The position numbers and the translations under genes are program-made. 64,000 nt of DNA from Octopus sinensis (lineage: Eukaryota): the NCBI RefSeq assembly GCF_006345805.1, contig NC_043005.1, positions 101,866,001 through 101,930,000 on the forward strand, written 5' to 3'. The stretch's first letter is position 1. Each line of letters opens with the position of its first letter. Of this stretch, positions 41,328 through 53,639 are shown one piece after another. The notes under the pieces were generated by a model. The model was not told where the DNA came from and made no database searches. It saw nothing but the letters and a program-made list of their open reading frames with translations.

Positions 41328-42850
41328 ATATATATATATATATAATATATATATATATATATTATATATATATATATAAGATGGCTTTCCTTATTGAATA
41401 TTAGAATGTACAGAACAGATATAAAAGACAAAAAAATGAAAATACCAAGCTTGACCATTTAATAAGTTTTAAATGTGGTATTAGAAAAATAAAGTAAAGA
41501 AAAATGTTCTGCTATGGTTTTCTGCGACAAAAACATTCACGACAAAAACATTCACAAACAAGAGAACAGGAATTCTTACAATCATTTCATTGTGTCGGCA
41601 GAGTTGAGATAACTTCGAAGTGTTAATGGACTTAATGGTTTTAGGAAAACGAATCTTTCAGATGAAATTTAAAGGAGAAATAAAAAAATACGAAAAAATA
41701 TTTGAGAACAAGACGACCAAGATCGAACACAGATGTGTCTTTACTACAGCACAAACATACACACACACAGACACACAGACACACATAGAGGCGCAGAGAT
41801 ACGTAGTCTACATTCACGCATGAACAAGCACACAGACACACACACACACAAATATACACATATTTATACACTGTAATCTTTATTTCCGTGTCATAACAGG
41901 AATCCCAGACAACTCAATCCAAAGTAAAATAAACAATGGCCTGGTTACATAAATCTGGTCGTTAATAACCCACGACAGGCAGGTTCACCAATGAGGATAT
42001 TTTGATGGATTACACCTGATTCAGTTCATTGTTTACCCAGACAACTGAAGACGGACATTTTTCTACTGTTACATGTACTTCCAGTTTTAAATATTATTGC
42101 CAATTCAAACTTTACTACTGTTACTATCTCCAGGCTGTTACTCAGAAAATTATGTAAGTACGATCGTTGCTACTGTACCGTTTCACATACTTGGGTCACT
42201 TTTCAAAACAACTTTGATGCATTTATGCCGCTAAACGTGGTGTATCATATTTCTAGATTGTTTTTCCCAGACAACAGTGAAAATATCACAAATCATAGTA
42301 TTATATATTTTTACTAAACTCAGGGTACTTCCTCAACAAAACTACAGAATGGTCAGTCTTCAGAATCTTTCATTCCCACTCCTCCCGTAGTGGCGGGGAG
42401 TAAATTTCACTGCTCATCATGCCAGAAGCCTCGAATGGGTATATAGACCAACATAAATTTGAAAAGAGGTCATTGACCAGTGAGCAATTTAGATTCTTCT
42501 TTATGGCCGTTCTTGAATTCAGTAAAACAATTACATCAACCCTCCTTACCATGACGGTAGTGGTGACGGGAGGTACGAGTGATCTGAAGCACAAAAAGAA
42601 TTTTTAAAAACCATTATCGATTGTCTGTATTCGAATTTATTACACTGGGAATATGTCGAAATAATTAAGAAGAGTGGAATTTTGCTTGTAGCACCGGGTG
42701 AAGTATTACATCATTATGACTGACAGAATTACCATTGCGAACGTCTTGCATTATTCTAATTTCTAATTAGGATACAAGTCCAAACTTTTAAATCGAACTC
42801 AGTAATTAACTGGCAAATATTTTAGAGATGGTAGAAGGATGATAGATAAG

Positions 42851-43080
42851 GCGGCGAGCTGGCAGAAACGTTAGCGCGCCGGGCGAAATGCTTAGCGGTA
42901 TTTCGTCTGCGTTACGTTCTGAGTTCAAATTCCGCCGAGGTCGACTTTGCCTTTCATCCTTTCGGGGTCGATTAAATAAATACCAGTTACGCACTGGGGT
43001 CGATAAAATCGACTTAATCCGTTTGTCTGTCCTTGTTTGTCCTCTCTGTGTTTAGCCCCTTGTGGGTAGTAAAGAAATAG
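42851..43080 (+). mobile_element. SINE family B monomer with 22-bp TSD
   Basis: TSD ggtagaaggatgatagataagg (42830-42851) / ggtagaagggtgatagataagg (43080-43101). Confidence 0.9.
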
Positions 43081-43910
43081 GTAGAAGGGTGATAGATAAG
43101 GACGACTCGGGCGAGTTTGAACATTCGATGCAAGGAAACGTGAAGAAATATGGTACGGCGTTTTGTCCAACACTCCATCAAATCTGCTAATCCATCACCA
43201 ATATTTGAGGTGAGTGAGGAAAGCAAGTACAAGGCTGGCGTTATATCAAGACTGAGGCGCAGTTACTATTACGACATATATCCAGTTCTTCTCTCATTTA
43301 CTCAACTAATATATACAATGAACGTCGACATCAGGTTTACACTTTCCGTTTGCTTCTGCTAACAGGACATTTCTAGCAAGACGAAAGTACTTAAAACTTT
43401 TAGCTAAATTTAGCTTATCGCTTTGTCTCTAAGTAACAAGATTAAATGGTCTAAATTACTTCCTGGAATATTCAAGCTTGAATTCCGAAACAAAGCGGTC
43501 GGAACTAGCTAGAGTGTCTTCACTTTATGACACAAAAGTGTCTGAGAAACTGGTCGATAGATTTATTACAGAACATATGACAATTAAAGAGACAAACCAT
43601 TTGACATACAACATTAAATATTAGGTACGTTTAAAATTTCTACTTGTTCCCCCCTCGCTTTGAACGATCGGTGTTCAGTAATGTCGCCCATACATAACAC
43701 TCGAGTTTTATTTGTTCTTGTATGTGTGTGTGTGGATGCTTTTATTAATGTGTATGTCGTGTGTGTCTATGTGTGCGTGTACACGAGTGTATATAAATAT
43801 ATATGTGTATGTGTGTAAGTATATATGTATATGTATACGCAATTACACACACACATATTGTATATATACATATACACATGAGCATTACTGCAGAGACATC
43901 ACATTTCATA

Positions 43911-44040
43911 GACGCATGGCACAGTGGTTTTTGTCTTGCAGTTACGATGGCAATATTGTGGTTTCGATTCCAGACAGGAGTTCCTTGTGTTTTTGAGCTA
44001 AGCACTTCATTTCATGTTGCTTCAGTTAACTCTAACCATA
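43911..44040 (+). mobile_element. SINE family D, diverged
   Basis: AGACGCATGGCACAGTGG (A-box), GGTTTCGATTCC (B-box-like), then TTGTGTTTTTGAGCTAAGCACTTCATTTCATGTTG. Confidence 0.55.
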
Positions 44041-44393
44041 AAAAGGTAAACTATCACATACACTCCTGTGGTTACGGAAAAGTGTCTCAGTGTGTATATT
44101 TGAATATATGCATCTTTGTCTACCTGAAACGATATGCATAAATGTGCAGTTATTAACGTGTGCGTATTATACTGCAGCCAGTTTTTCTCAACTGTTTCTT
44201 GTGATTTTCTTCGGCATTTTCCCTTTCTAAAATTCTTCTGTCGTTTTTTCTCACCGCTTACCATTTGCTCGGCTAATATTCAGTTCCTGCTCTTTCAGTG
44301 TCCTTTATGCTTGTGAAATATCTGAACAACTATGTTTCACTAAGCTTATGTGTCATTTTCTCTCCACCCGGTTTTCCAGCAGCAACCTGTAGT

Positions 44394-44790
44394 GGAGGCG
44401 AAATGGCCCAATGGTCAGGGCAGCGGACGCACGTTCGGAGGATCGGAGTTTCGATTCCCAGACCAAGCGTTGTGTGTGTTTATTGAGTGAAAACACCTAA
44501 AGCTCCACGAGGCCCCGGCAGGGAGTTGTGGCGACCCCTGTTGTACTCTTTCGCTCCAACTTTCCCTCACTCTTTCTTCCTGTTTCTTGTCCCCGACTTC
44601 CTACGCAACCGCTGAGCCTGGATGCGCATCCATCCATCTGTCGATGCTCTCGGTGTCAGGAGTTGAACTTCTTTCTCTTCTGCGGACCACGTTTCGGATT
44701 TCTCCCACGAAGACCGCTTCGCTCAACAGCAGCAACCTGTCTCATGATCCCTCTTATTCATATATACCCTCTTCCTTTAACCCACCTCTC
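44394..44790 (+). mobile_element. tRNA-derived SINE (family C, single copy here)
   Basis: A-box TGGCCCAATGG (44404) and B-box-like GAGTTTCGATTCC (44446), then a GC-richer body and a pyrimidine-rich tail. The 3' boundary is approximate. Confidence 0.6.
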
Positions 44791-45037
44791 TCATGCATTC
44801 AACCCTTTCTTCTATCATTTTCTTCTTCTCTTCTCTTTTCTTTTATCTGTTTCTATCTTCCTTTCTTTTCTGTATCAAAACATTTATTTTTATATGTAAT
44901 TTTAAAAGGAGATTTTTATAAATGCTTTTCATAAAAATGGTTGCATATGCGTTTGTTTGTGTTAAGTGTAGCTTGAATGCGTTTATCTGGTTGAATGTTT
45001 GCGCATGTATGCGTTCGCGTGAGTGTATGTATGTGTA

Positions 45038-45070
<33 letters not shown>

Positions 45071-47611
45071 AGAAAGAGAGAGATTAAGAAGTTTGTTCTG
45101 AGGGTTTGGGTTCGATCCCACGACGTGAATTCTTGGGCAGCTCTCATTCTTACTTCGATCCAACATGATCGGACGTCTGTCTGATAGACTGTACATGTAT
45201 TTCAAAGGTCAATTAGGGTTACTCGTACTTTGAATTCTTAGACACAGTCCTGATAATTCAAAGAGCATATAGTACACACGATCAAATAAATAAAAACTCA
45301 TTGGTTATACTGACCGAGATCCATTTACTTTATAACTAAATATATTTCTTTGTGAAAGAAGGTACGTGGATGCTTTCGTATATACTTGTGTTTATATATA
45401 AGTCTAAAACAAATGCGAACCTCTGAGTTTTCAAGTACATAAATACACACATGCCTGCATGTATATGTAAACTTATTTAATATACCTGCAGTCATATACA
45501 TAAATGGCTGTGCACGCGGAAAAATATATAAGAATAGGTGTGTGCAAAACTGCGTGTATGCAGGTGTGTACGCATAGATGTCCGGTTTTGTGCATATGAA
45601 CGTGTATACATATGGCTTTAGCTATTGAACTCTCTTATACAAATAAGGTATAAAGAGCCAGGAAATGTTTTCAATATAATATAAGCACATGAGTGCTTCT
45701 CTGTACGGATGTGTAGAGAGTCGCACACATGCATACATACATACATACATACAAGAAAAAAGACCCATAAATACACAGACATACACACACGCGCATGGGC
45801 GCACGCAGACGCAGACACACAGACACACACCCACACACGCGCGCACTTACACACACATATATGCATATACACTGATGCGTGTGAATATACGTCTCAACAT
45901 GGCCGCAGTCCAATCGCTGAAGTTAGTTGAAAACACTAAATAAAAAAGATATTTTTATTGAGAAATACGAAGTACGATTCAACAAATTATGCCAACATAT
46001 TTAACAGATACATTCGCCAAGCCTATAAAACAGTCTCTACCGAAATAATAAAAAATATCGCGTGTCTAAAACAATCAATCAAATGTGTAGATTCATCAAC
46101 AGTGAAGTGCCAATGTATAAATGTCAATCTTGCTTATTTTCTTTATTCTGTGATATACACTGAGTTACCAATATCAATATTTACTTTTGAAAAACCTGAA
46201 ATTGTTAAACTGGTAAAATTAATTTGAATAAATCTCTTATGCGGCCCCAAGTGTATTTGAAACGTCATTTTTTTATGTTTCCAGTCTAGTGGGAAAACAT
46301 TGATTCTCGTGTGTGCGTATGTATGTATTTTCTTTAATATTATTACTTGTTTAAAGTCTTCATTTAAGGAAGGAGTGGTTTTTCAGCAAAGATACAAAGC
46401 TGTATCATTGGAATATAGATAACAGAAACAAATTCATATTTAAAACCATCGGCAAGATTTGCATATTTTTCCTCTTCCGCCCCACAGATTGTATTTGTAA
46501 TATGCATCTCGACTGGTTGATTAATTTTCTAAAAACCCCAGCTTTTCCAGTTTGTCACTTAGCATTAAAATGTCCAAGAATTATTATTGGTAAAAATGTG
46601 AATTTATAATCTGAGAATAGAAACTGGCTCTTCAAAACAGTTGACAGGAGTTATGCTCTTTTTCGTTGATTTTCAAAAACATGGACACTTCTGCAGGGTA
46701 ACTGACGTCTATTTTATTGCACATGGTAAAAGTTTTGAAGAGAATGTTCCATTGATATTCCTTGTCTTGTCGTTTTTCTTTGTTTTCAATAACAGGGGAC
46801 TCTGTATATTAATCACAAGTCAGTGATTGTATTTTTTTTTTGGCAACAACGTCTCAGACGAAAAGTTTCACTTGTGATTTCTTTATATTTGAAGTTAAAA
46901 ATTTATTCACGATAAACTGCATTGAAAAGCCATTCAAAATTTCAAATATCTATTACGTCATATATAAACAAACAAGTTTGATTGTGAGGCGTTGAAATGT
47001 ATTGTAGACCAAGCAAAAAGATATATTTTTTTCAACACGAAAATACTGAACAGTATATATAAAGAATAAAATCTTTTCTAAGAGCAGAAAAAAATGCCGG
47101 CAAAATATTTCTGTTCTTAAAAAAAGAATTTTATCCTTTACATATACTGTACAGTATTTATGTGTCGTAAAAATATATATCTTTCTACTTGTTCTTCAAA
47201 TATCTGGATATATTAGAATACGTCTTAAATTTAATTTACATTCACTCACTGCTTCGTGCATCTGCTCAAGAATCTGTTCCGACCTGGTAGCCGTTATCAA
47301 CAATCAATCAACAACATTGTATGATTTCTTACAAAGGAAGCATAGTTTCCTTCTCAGATCAGAGTTGCCTATCATTGGTATCTGGAGTTCAAGAGGACTA
47401 ATGAATTCGAAATGTATCTACCTATATAGGAGAGGGCGCTCTGAACTGACTATAGTGTTTACACGTTTCTTAGTTTAGAACCAGGAATTTCTTCCAAGAA
47501 AAACTGCGGCGAAAAGCCATTTAACGGTTCAAATATCTCTCAAAATTATTTGAAATGGCATTAAACTTGTTTACCCTCAGTCACTGGTTCACGAACCTAC
47601 TCAAGAATCTG

Positions 47612-47646
<35 letters not shown>

Positions 47647-47725
47647 ATTCACATCTTCGTCTCTCCCTTTCACAATCTCTCTCCCCACTGTCTCCCTTTC
47701 TTTCTCTCTCTCTCCCTCTCTCTCC

Positions 47726-47764
<39 letters not shown>

Positions 47765-48155
47765 AGTCACTTATATATATATATTAGCGATATGCTAATA
47801 ACCTGATGTTAGAATATACATATGGTTCAGTACGAAGCGTTATTTGAGTACAGAGTGGTGATAAGAATTTGGGAATGTATTGCCAAATAACTTGCCCTTC
47901 ATGTTTGAAGCTTCGATAAAGCTATAGGGTGATACTCAAGCACTCAGCAATGAGTGCATTACACTCTTATAGCAGAAACAGCTGGAAACTGATGAATTTC
48001 ATAACATACCTGTTTGCTTCCCTTGTCATCCCAATTTATTTATATATGTATCTGCATATATACGTATAAACATGTGTGTATGTATGTATATATATGTATT
48101 AATATAGCCTGAACAGGATAAGCTACACCTAATTTTGCAGAAAAAATTGTTGGCG

Positions 48156-48229
48156 GCCGGCTATGAGACGCGAACTCACACCTCCGTGATTACGCGTCGC
48201 TCTGCTCTAAACCATTAAGTTAAACCGCC
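48156..48229 (-). tRNA. tRNA-like sequence (pseudo-tRNA-Thr(CGT) or isolated SINE head)
   Basis: Acceptor stem 6/7 pairs, T-arm GTGAG-TTCGCGT-CTCAT, anticodon loop CGCGTAA. D-stem and anticodon stem are poorly paired. A T6 run follows ~10 nt downstream. Confidence 0.4.
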
Positions 48230-48401
48230 ATACCACAAATTCTTCCGCAAATTTAAGATATCTAGAAATTTCGCTTTATGAGACGCTTTCATACGTTAAA
48301 TTGTATGCATGTATATATATATATACACATATGAGGATATTGTTTGTAATAATATTAGTAGCTTAGCATGTGTAAAAGCCTTATAAAGGTATAAATTATC
48401 A

Positions 48402-48950
48402 ATTAATAATTAAGGGTAATAACAGGCACTGCCGGCAAGCGAGCATACCAGTCAAAGTGACCAGAGCACAAGGTTTCACTTAAACACGAAGCTCAAAGCG
48501 GCTAAAAGAATAAAAAACTCCGAACATCCCCAAAATAATCGAAAACTGAAAAGTCACACATACCCGTATCACTGATATTATTATAAATAATGATAACCTC
48601 ATTTGAATAATTTTTAACTCACTTCGATCACATTTTAAAATATGCTGCGGCATTAAATGTAGTCATCGCACACATTAGTTGACATGAATAAACTCTACAA
48701 CCATGGGATAAGTGAGACTCGCTTGAGATGAACTGAGAGTATTTCTGAAAGTTCGAAATCACGGTGGTACGGGTATGTCTGGCTTTTCAATTTCCCATTA
48801 TTTTCGTCATTGGTAGGGAGTCTTGTTTTTTTTTATTCATTTGCCCACTTTCCCCATTGTGTTTAAGGTTTGTGTTTAACTTATGGTTTGGCCCTTGTAA
48901 CTCCTATGTTAGTATGCTGATACTGTCTGCTAGTACCCTTAATTATTAAT
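48402..48950. mobile_element. Foldback/MITE-like element with ~175-bp imperfect inverted arms and TTAA ends
   Basis: ATTAATAATTAAGGGTA(a/c)TA(a/g)CAG at both outer ends; AAAATAAT...TGAAAAG.CA.ACATACCCGTA.CAC at both inner ends (about 48530-48572 vs 48760-48805). Confidence 0.7.
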
Positions 48951-49744
48951 CGTTAGCTCCTGCACGCATTTTTTTCTCTCCTTGTTTAATTGTTTGTATG
49001 TACTCTACCTGCCTTCGTCTTTTGTTTATTTTCGTAAAGCTTCCCGTTATATATATATATATATATATAAATATGCATATATATATATATATATATATGC
49101 ATAATAGTTTGAATAGATGTGTGTATAACACTTTGAGTTAATTAGGATATATCAAAGAAGTTGTTTAGTCATCAATCCGGTTCACAATATGTCAGATATT
49201 ATCATTGAGTGAGATTCTGACCACAATCACGACGACGATGACGATGATGACGTCAGCCATCGGTACAACAACAAGCAGCGATATTATTAGCACCAGCTGT
49301 GGAAGAAAAGCAATACATTAAACTTGTTTATTCATTGCGGATCGGTTGCCAAGTAACCAGTCTCATAGTTTAATTAACACATTGAAAAAAGCTCTTACTT
49401 GTAATGTTGTCATTATTTAAGTCCTACCATCAAAGCCATTCCAGTAATGGCTAAGTTTTACTTGTTTTCGGCATCGTATATCTCAGATATCATCGTCTCG
49501 TTTTGGTTTTTTATATTGGGACGAATGAGCATAATTTGAGGGAGAATCGGTTGCTACTGTACACAAGTCAAACAGTGACAACATTTTAGAAATGCCTTTA
49601 ATTTATTGATGAAATGGATAAGCATAAATCACCGGCAAGGATCTTTATATAAATCATATTGGTTGACATACAGAGTATGATAGTTCGTGACTGGACAGCA
49701 TCACTATCCCTAGGAGAGTTATTTTCTTGCCGATTACCCTACAT

Positions 49745-49974
49745 CAGTGGTTCTCAACCAGGGTCCAAATCGCCCATGGGTGTCCACATATGATTTTGCA
49801 GTTACAGTTTACGTACATGGTTATACTTCTAAATATTTCAACCATTTTAAAATACAATCCCTAATAATATTTTAATTATAGAAATATAATGTTACTTTTT
49901 TGAAAGTCCCATTATATATTGAGGTCCAGTAGAGTAAAATGTGAATCAAAGGGTCCATATGTTGAGAACCACTG
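49745..49974. mobile_element. hAT (Charlie-type) MITE, 230 bp
   Basis: Perfect 14-bp TIRs CAGTGGTTCTCAAC / GTTGAGAACCACTG. 8-bp TSD ccctacat (49737-49744) / ctctacat (49975-49982). Confidence 0.92.
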
Positions 49975-50589
49975 CTCTACATAAAGACATGAGACTGAAA
50001 GAAAGAGAGAGAGAGAGAGAGAGGAGGGAGAGAGAGAAATATATATCGATACAGAAAGGGAGATATAACTGTAATTCAGCGTTTCAAAGTGAAGTACTAT
50101 AATATACTCTCTATATATTTTAATATGTATCTATATAATTAAGTATGTGTGTATTAAGTATACCATTAAGCAAATGCTTTAGAATGAAAGTTTAGCGTTT
50201 TTCTGGATTCAAGTTTTATGTACTTACCTTCATAAATATCTCAATATGTACGTAAACCTTCAGATATAGAGAAATTATTAACGGTACGCATGCTTTCAGA
50301 AGAGTGTAGGTGTGTTCTGTTTGCAGAGGAAGACACAATTTCTGGAACTGAAAAACAGCTGAGTTAGAAAAATATCCACTATCCTGATCTCAGCGGTGCA
50401 TACTAGAAGTTTTTTTTTCTCTCTCTCAGTACTAGCAATTATATCTATCCTAGATTATAGTAATTTTAGTTACCATACATCCAGTAAACAAACAAGCTAA
50501 TTTTCGCTATTCCAGATTGAACGAGACGGCTGCCTCAGTACTTTGAAAACATCCTACTAAACACTGCTTATCGGAGCTTACTAGTTTTC

Positions 50590-51200
50590 AGAATGCAGTC
50601 GGGACGTGAAGATAATTTGGAAGCGAGACTTGCAATAAAATTTTGTGTCAAGCTGAACAAAAACTCTACAGAAACTTATGAAATGATTTAGATAGTTATG
50701 GATTAACTTAATAGCCGAGCATCTGCTTTTCGATGAAACGAGAGACAAAGCAAAGCAGTTCCACTGGGAAGTTCTTGATCAACATATTTGTCAACAGAAA
50801 GGACCTCATCTACATCCACTAGGTTTGCTCTGACCAGAAAGTGAAACAAAAATCTTTTGTAGAGGATTTGAAGCTATTTCGTCACATAAGGTCAGAGCAT
50901 TTCCACCTGCAACCGAAAGATGCTTCAGCCAACAAGTCAATCCTGATAAAAGAGTTCCTCATTTCCTTATAGTTCAGTTCTTGCTCCCTGTAACTTTTGG
51001 TTGTTTTCCAAGGTGAAGGAGAACTTCATATTCCGGAGCAGTCGTTTTGAAGATATTGAGATGAAGAAGGCTGCTACAAGATCCTAGGCACCTTCAATTT
51101 GGAGGACTTCTTTGGGATCTTTACGAGGTCTCTGGAATGCTACAAGTGCAATGAAGTCATAACATCTTACTTTAAGGGAAAATACAATTTTGCGTTTCTT
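50590..51200 (+). pseudogene. Internally deleted mariner remnant
   Basis: EARLAIKFCVKLNKNSTETYEMI at the N-terminus; PYSSVLAPCNFWLFSKVK (YSPDLAP motif) near the C-terminus. Confidence 0.75.
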
Positions 51201-51787
51201 TGAAATAAACGAATGTCTCTCCTAAAAGAGTCACAAATCTTCTGGAATACAACTTTACATTCTGAAACTTGAAAATAGCTAACTTACAACAATGAAATGA
51301 AGCTATGAACGTTATATTTATTTGAGAAATATTTAATTCGCATCCAAGAACCTAATTGATAAAACATGACGGATGAAATTAATGCGGTGGGAATAACTTG
51401 AAAACGGTTTTTTTTTTGCAGTTTGTGTAATGAATTATGAGAAAATTTTGTAAATATTTTGTCTACCGAAAAATTTTTCAAAAACTTTCTTCCAATTTTG
51501 CTACTAAACGTTTTCTCACGTTTACAATTGTAACCACTAGCCTATAAAGTTGACCATTACTTGACCAGCAAAACACGAGTCACATAAGTAATTACCTTTA
51601 AGAACTGTCACTGCTAGGAATAGAATTTTCCGGAGCTCACGGTTTGTTCTCTTCACCATTGTGCGTTTCAATATTCCCTTATTAAGTTCAAATCTATGAA
51701 GAACACATCGTCCTGACACTTGTAAACGTTTTTGCAAGTAATCAGTTTCCATTTGTTTTGCTTTCAACTTTCAGTATATGTATTTAA

Positions 51788-52003
51788 GGCGGTGGGCGGG
51801 TAGAATCGTTAGAGCGCCTGCCAAAATGCTTTGCGCCATTTCGTGCGTGTTTACGTTCCGAATCCCAATTCTGCTGAGGTCTACTTTGCTTTTCAAGCTT
51901 TCGGGGTCGATAAAATAAGTACTAGTTGAGAACTGGGGTGGATGTAATCGAGTTTTGCCAATCCCCACCCACGAAATTGCTGGCCTTGTGCAAGAATTTT
52001 AAA
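51788..52003 (+). mobile_element. Diverged SINE family B copy with tail 2
   Basis: Head and body align with other B copies; ends CCCCACCCACGAAATTGCTGGCCTTGTGC. Confidence 0.75.
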
Positions 52004-52062
52004 TTGTGTTTGTGTATGTATGAGTATAAGATATTTTACGAGTTAAGAATTGACAGTGACTG

Positions 52063-52171
52063 CGAAGTTTGTTGTTAGCACTACGTTTCGGCTGATATAC
52101 CCTCCAGCCTTCATCAGGTGTCTTGGGGAAATGTCGAACCTGAGTTCTCATTCCTAAGGTATTTTTCGAAC

Positions 52172-52233
<62 letters not shown>

Positions 52234-52312
52234 TAACTATTATTCAGGCCACTGCCTGGAATCGAACTCGGAATCTTGGGGTTAGTAGCCCGCGCTCTTA
52301 ACCACAATGCCA
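52063..52312 (-). mobile_element. tRNA-headed repeat (family E): Pol III head, (TAA)n, spacer, hammerhead
   Basis: Head TGGCATTGTGGTTAAGAGCGCGGGCTACTAACCCCAAGATTCCGAGTTCGATTCC has A-box-like and B-box motifs and a GGG-CTACTAA-CCC anticodon-like arm. (TAA)n spans 52173-52232. Spacer and hammerhead region are homologous to 17883-18050. Confidence 0.7.
52077..52122 (-). ncRNA. Minimal type I hammerhead ribozyme motif (intact core)
   Basis: Minus strand reads GACAC-CUGAUGA-A-GGCUG[GAGGGUAUAU]CAGCC-GAAA-CG-UA-GUGCU. It has both conserved core strands, a 5-bp stem II, a palindromic ACGU stem III, a GUA cleavage triplet, and stem I with 3 WC pairs, 1 mismatch and 1 GU. Confidence 0.7.
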
Positions 52313-52339
52313 TATACATACATCTATTCAAACTATGAA

Positions 52340-52473
52340 TAGATGAAGGCTGGAGAGTATAACAGCTGAAAAGTTGTAACAACAAATAAGATGAGGACAA
52401 ATATCCGTCAAATGTAAATAATGTAAATAGTGTAAATAATGTATATAATTTCTCATCTCTTAAGTATAGAACT
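52340..52473 (+). mobile_element. Family E 3' portion in inverted orientation (degraded hammerhead plus tail)
   Basis: GATGAAGGCTGGAGAGTATAACAGCTGAAAAGTTGTAACAACAAATAAGATGAGGACAAATATCCGTCAAATGTAAATAATG matches the minus-strand copies at 52063-52115 and 17883-18000. Confidence 0.75.
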
Positions 52474-53639
52474 TTATTTGTATAGTTCTGCTAAATTCGT
52501 ATAGATATGCACTTTGCTAAAATATATTGAATAATCCTTCACTTAAGTGTTGAATTTTTAATCTTTATTACTTGATATGAAAACTCAACTTTAATGAATA
52601 TATATATATATTGATAAAAATGGTAAGACAACAAAAGAATGAAAGAGACCTCGATATTATATAAATAGAGGAATTTATCTGTAAATGTAATTATGTGACA
52701 ATTATTCTGTAGCCATGATTTTTTTTAATAATATTTTTCCGATGGCCAGATAACCGAAGAGATGGTGGCATGGATTTCCACCTCAACATCCGAAACTCGG
52801 AGTTTTATTATGGCTACCAAATAATTGTCACATATTACATTTCCAGATATATATATATATATATATGCATACTCATACCCGTACACCTACAAATATGCGT
52901 GTACATACATGTATATATAGGGCACATATATGAGGTAATTAACAGAATTGCCCATTAAAAATGCTGACCATTAATACATCAACCCAGAATGAAAAGGCTT
53001 TTCTCCAGAAGTTTGTTCCATTTGTGAGTATCCACTTAACACTCGTAGAAAATAACAAGTAAATCGATTCTTTGTGAGGTAGAACAAAAATATAATATTA
53101 AATATTGCCTGGATTTACGCAAGAAATAATCCTCAACCAACCAGAATACCACAATCTATTCTATACACATACTCTCAAAATTAGCTACATCTGAGCAACA
53201 AATGTCGGCAACGTAATGCAAACAGATCCAAATCAAGGTCCGCACAGAGAAGCACCTATTAAATACTGCAAAAATTAATATTTCTGTTAGCTAATCTTCA
53301 GCCTTATTACAATTACATCACTAAGCGTGTAGCTGTAGGTAAATGTGTCCAGTATTTTACCATCAACTTAAGTATTAGCTTTAACCACTGAAGGGATAAC
53401 ATTTAATAAATATGCGTCGAAAACGAGACGTATTTTCGTGAGTGTCTGGAGGCAGCTGGTGTGGTAATACAAAGATTATGAGGTCTTCCTGATTAATGTA
53501 AAATTAAAATAAATAAGTCAAATAAAACGCATTATTACGCAAAACCTGTTATGTGCAGACTGCTCTCTATAGCCATCTGTTAATCACACTGTGTCATAAA
53601 CATACTATTATTTATAGCCTACTATATGAACACAAGGAC

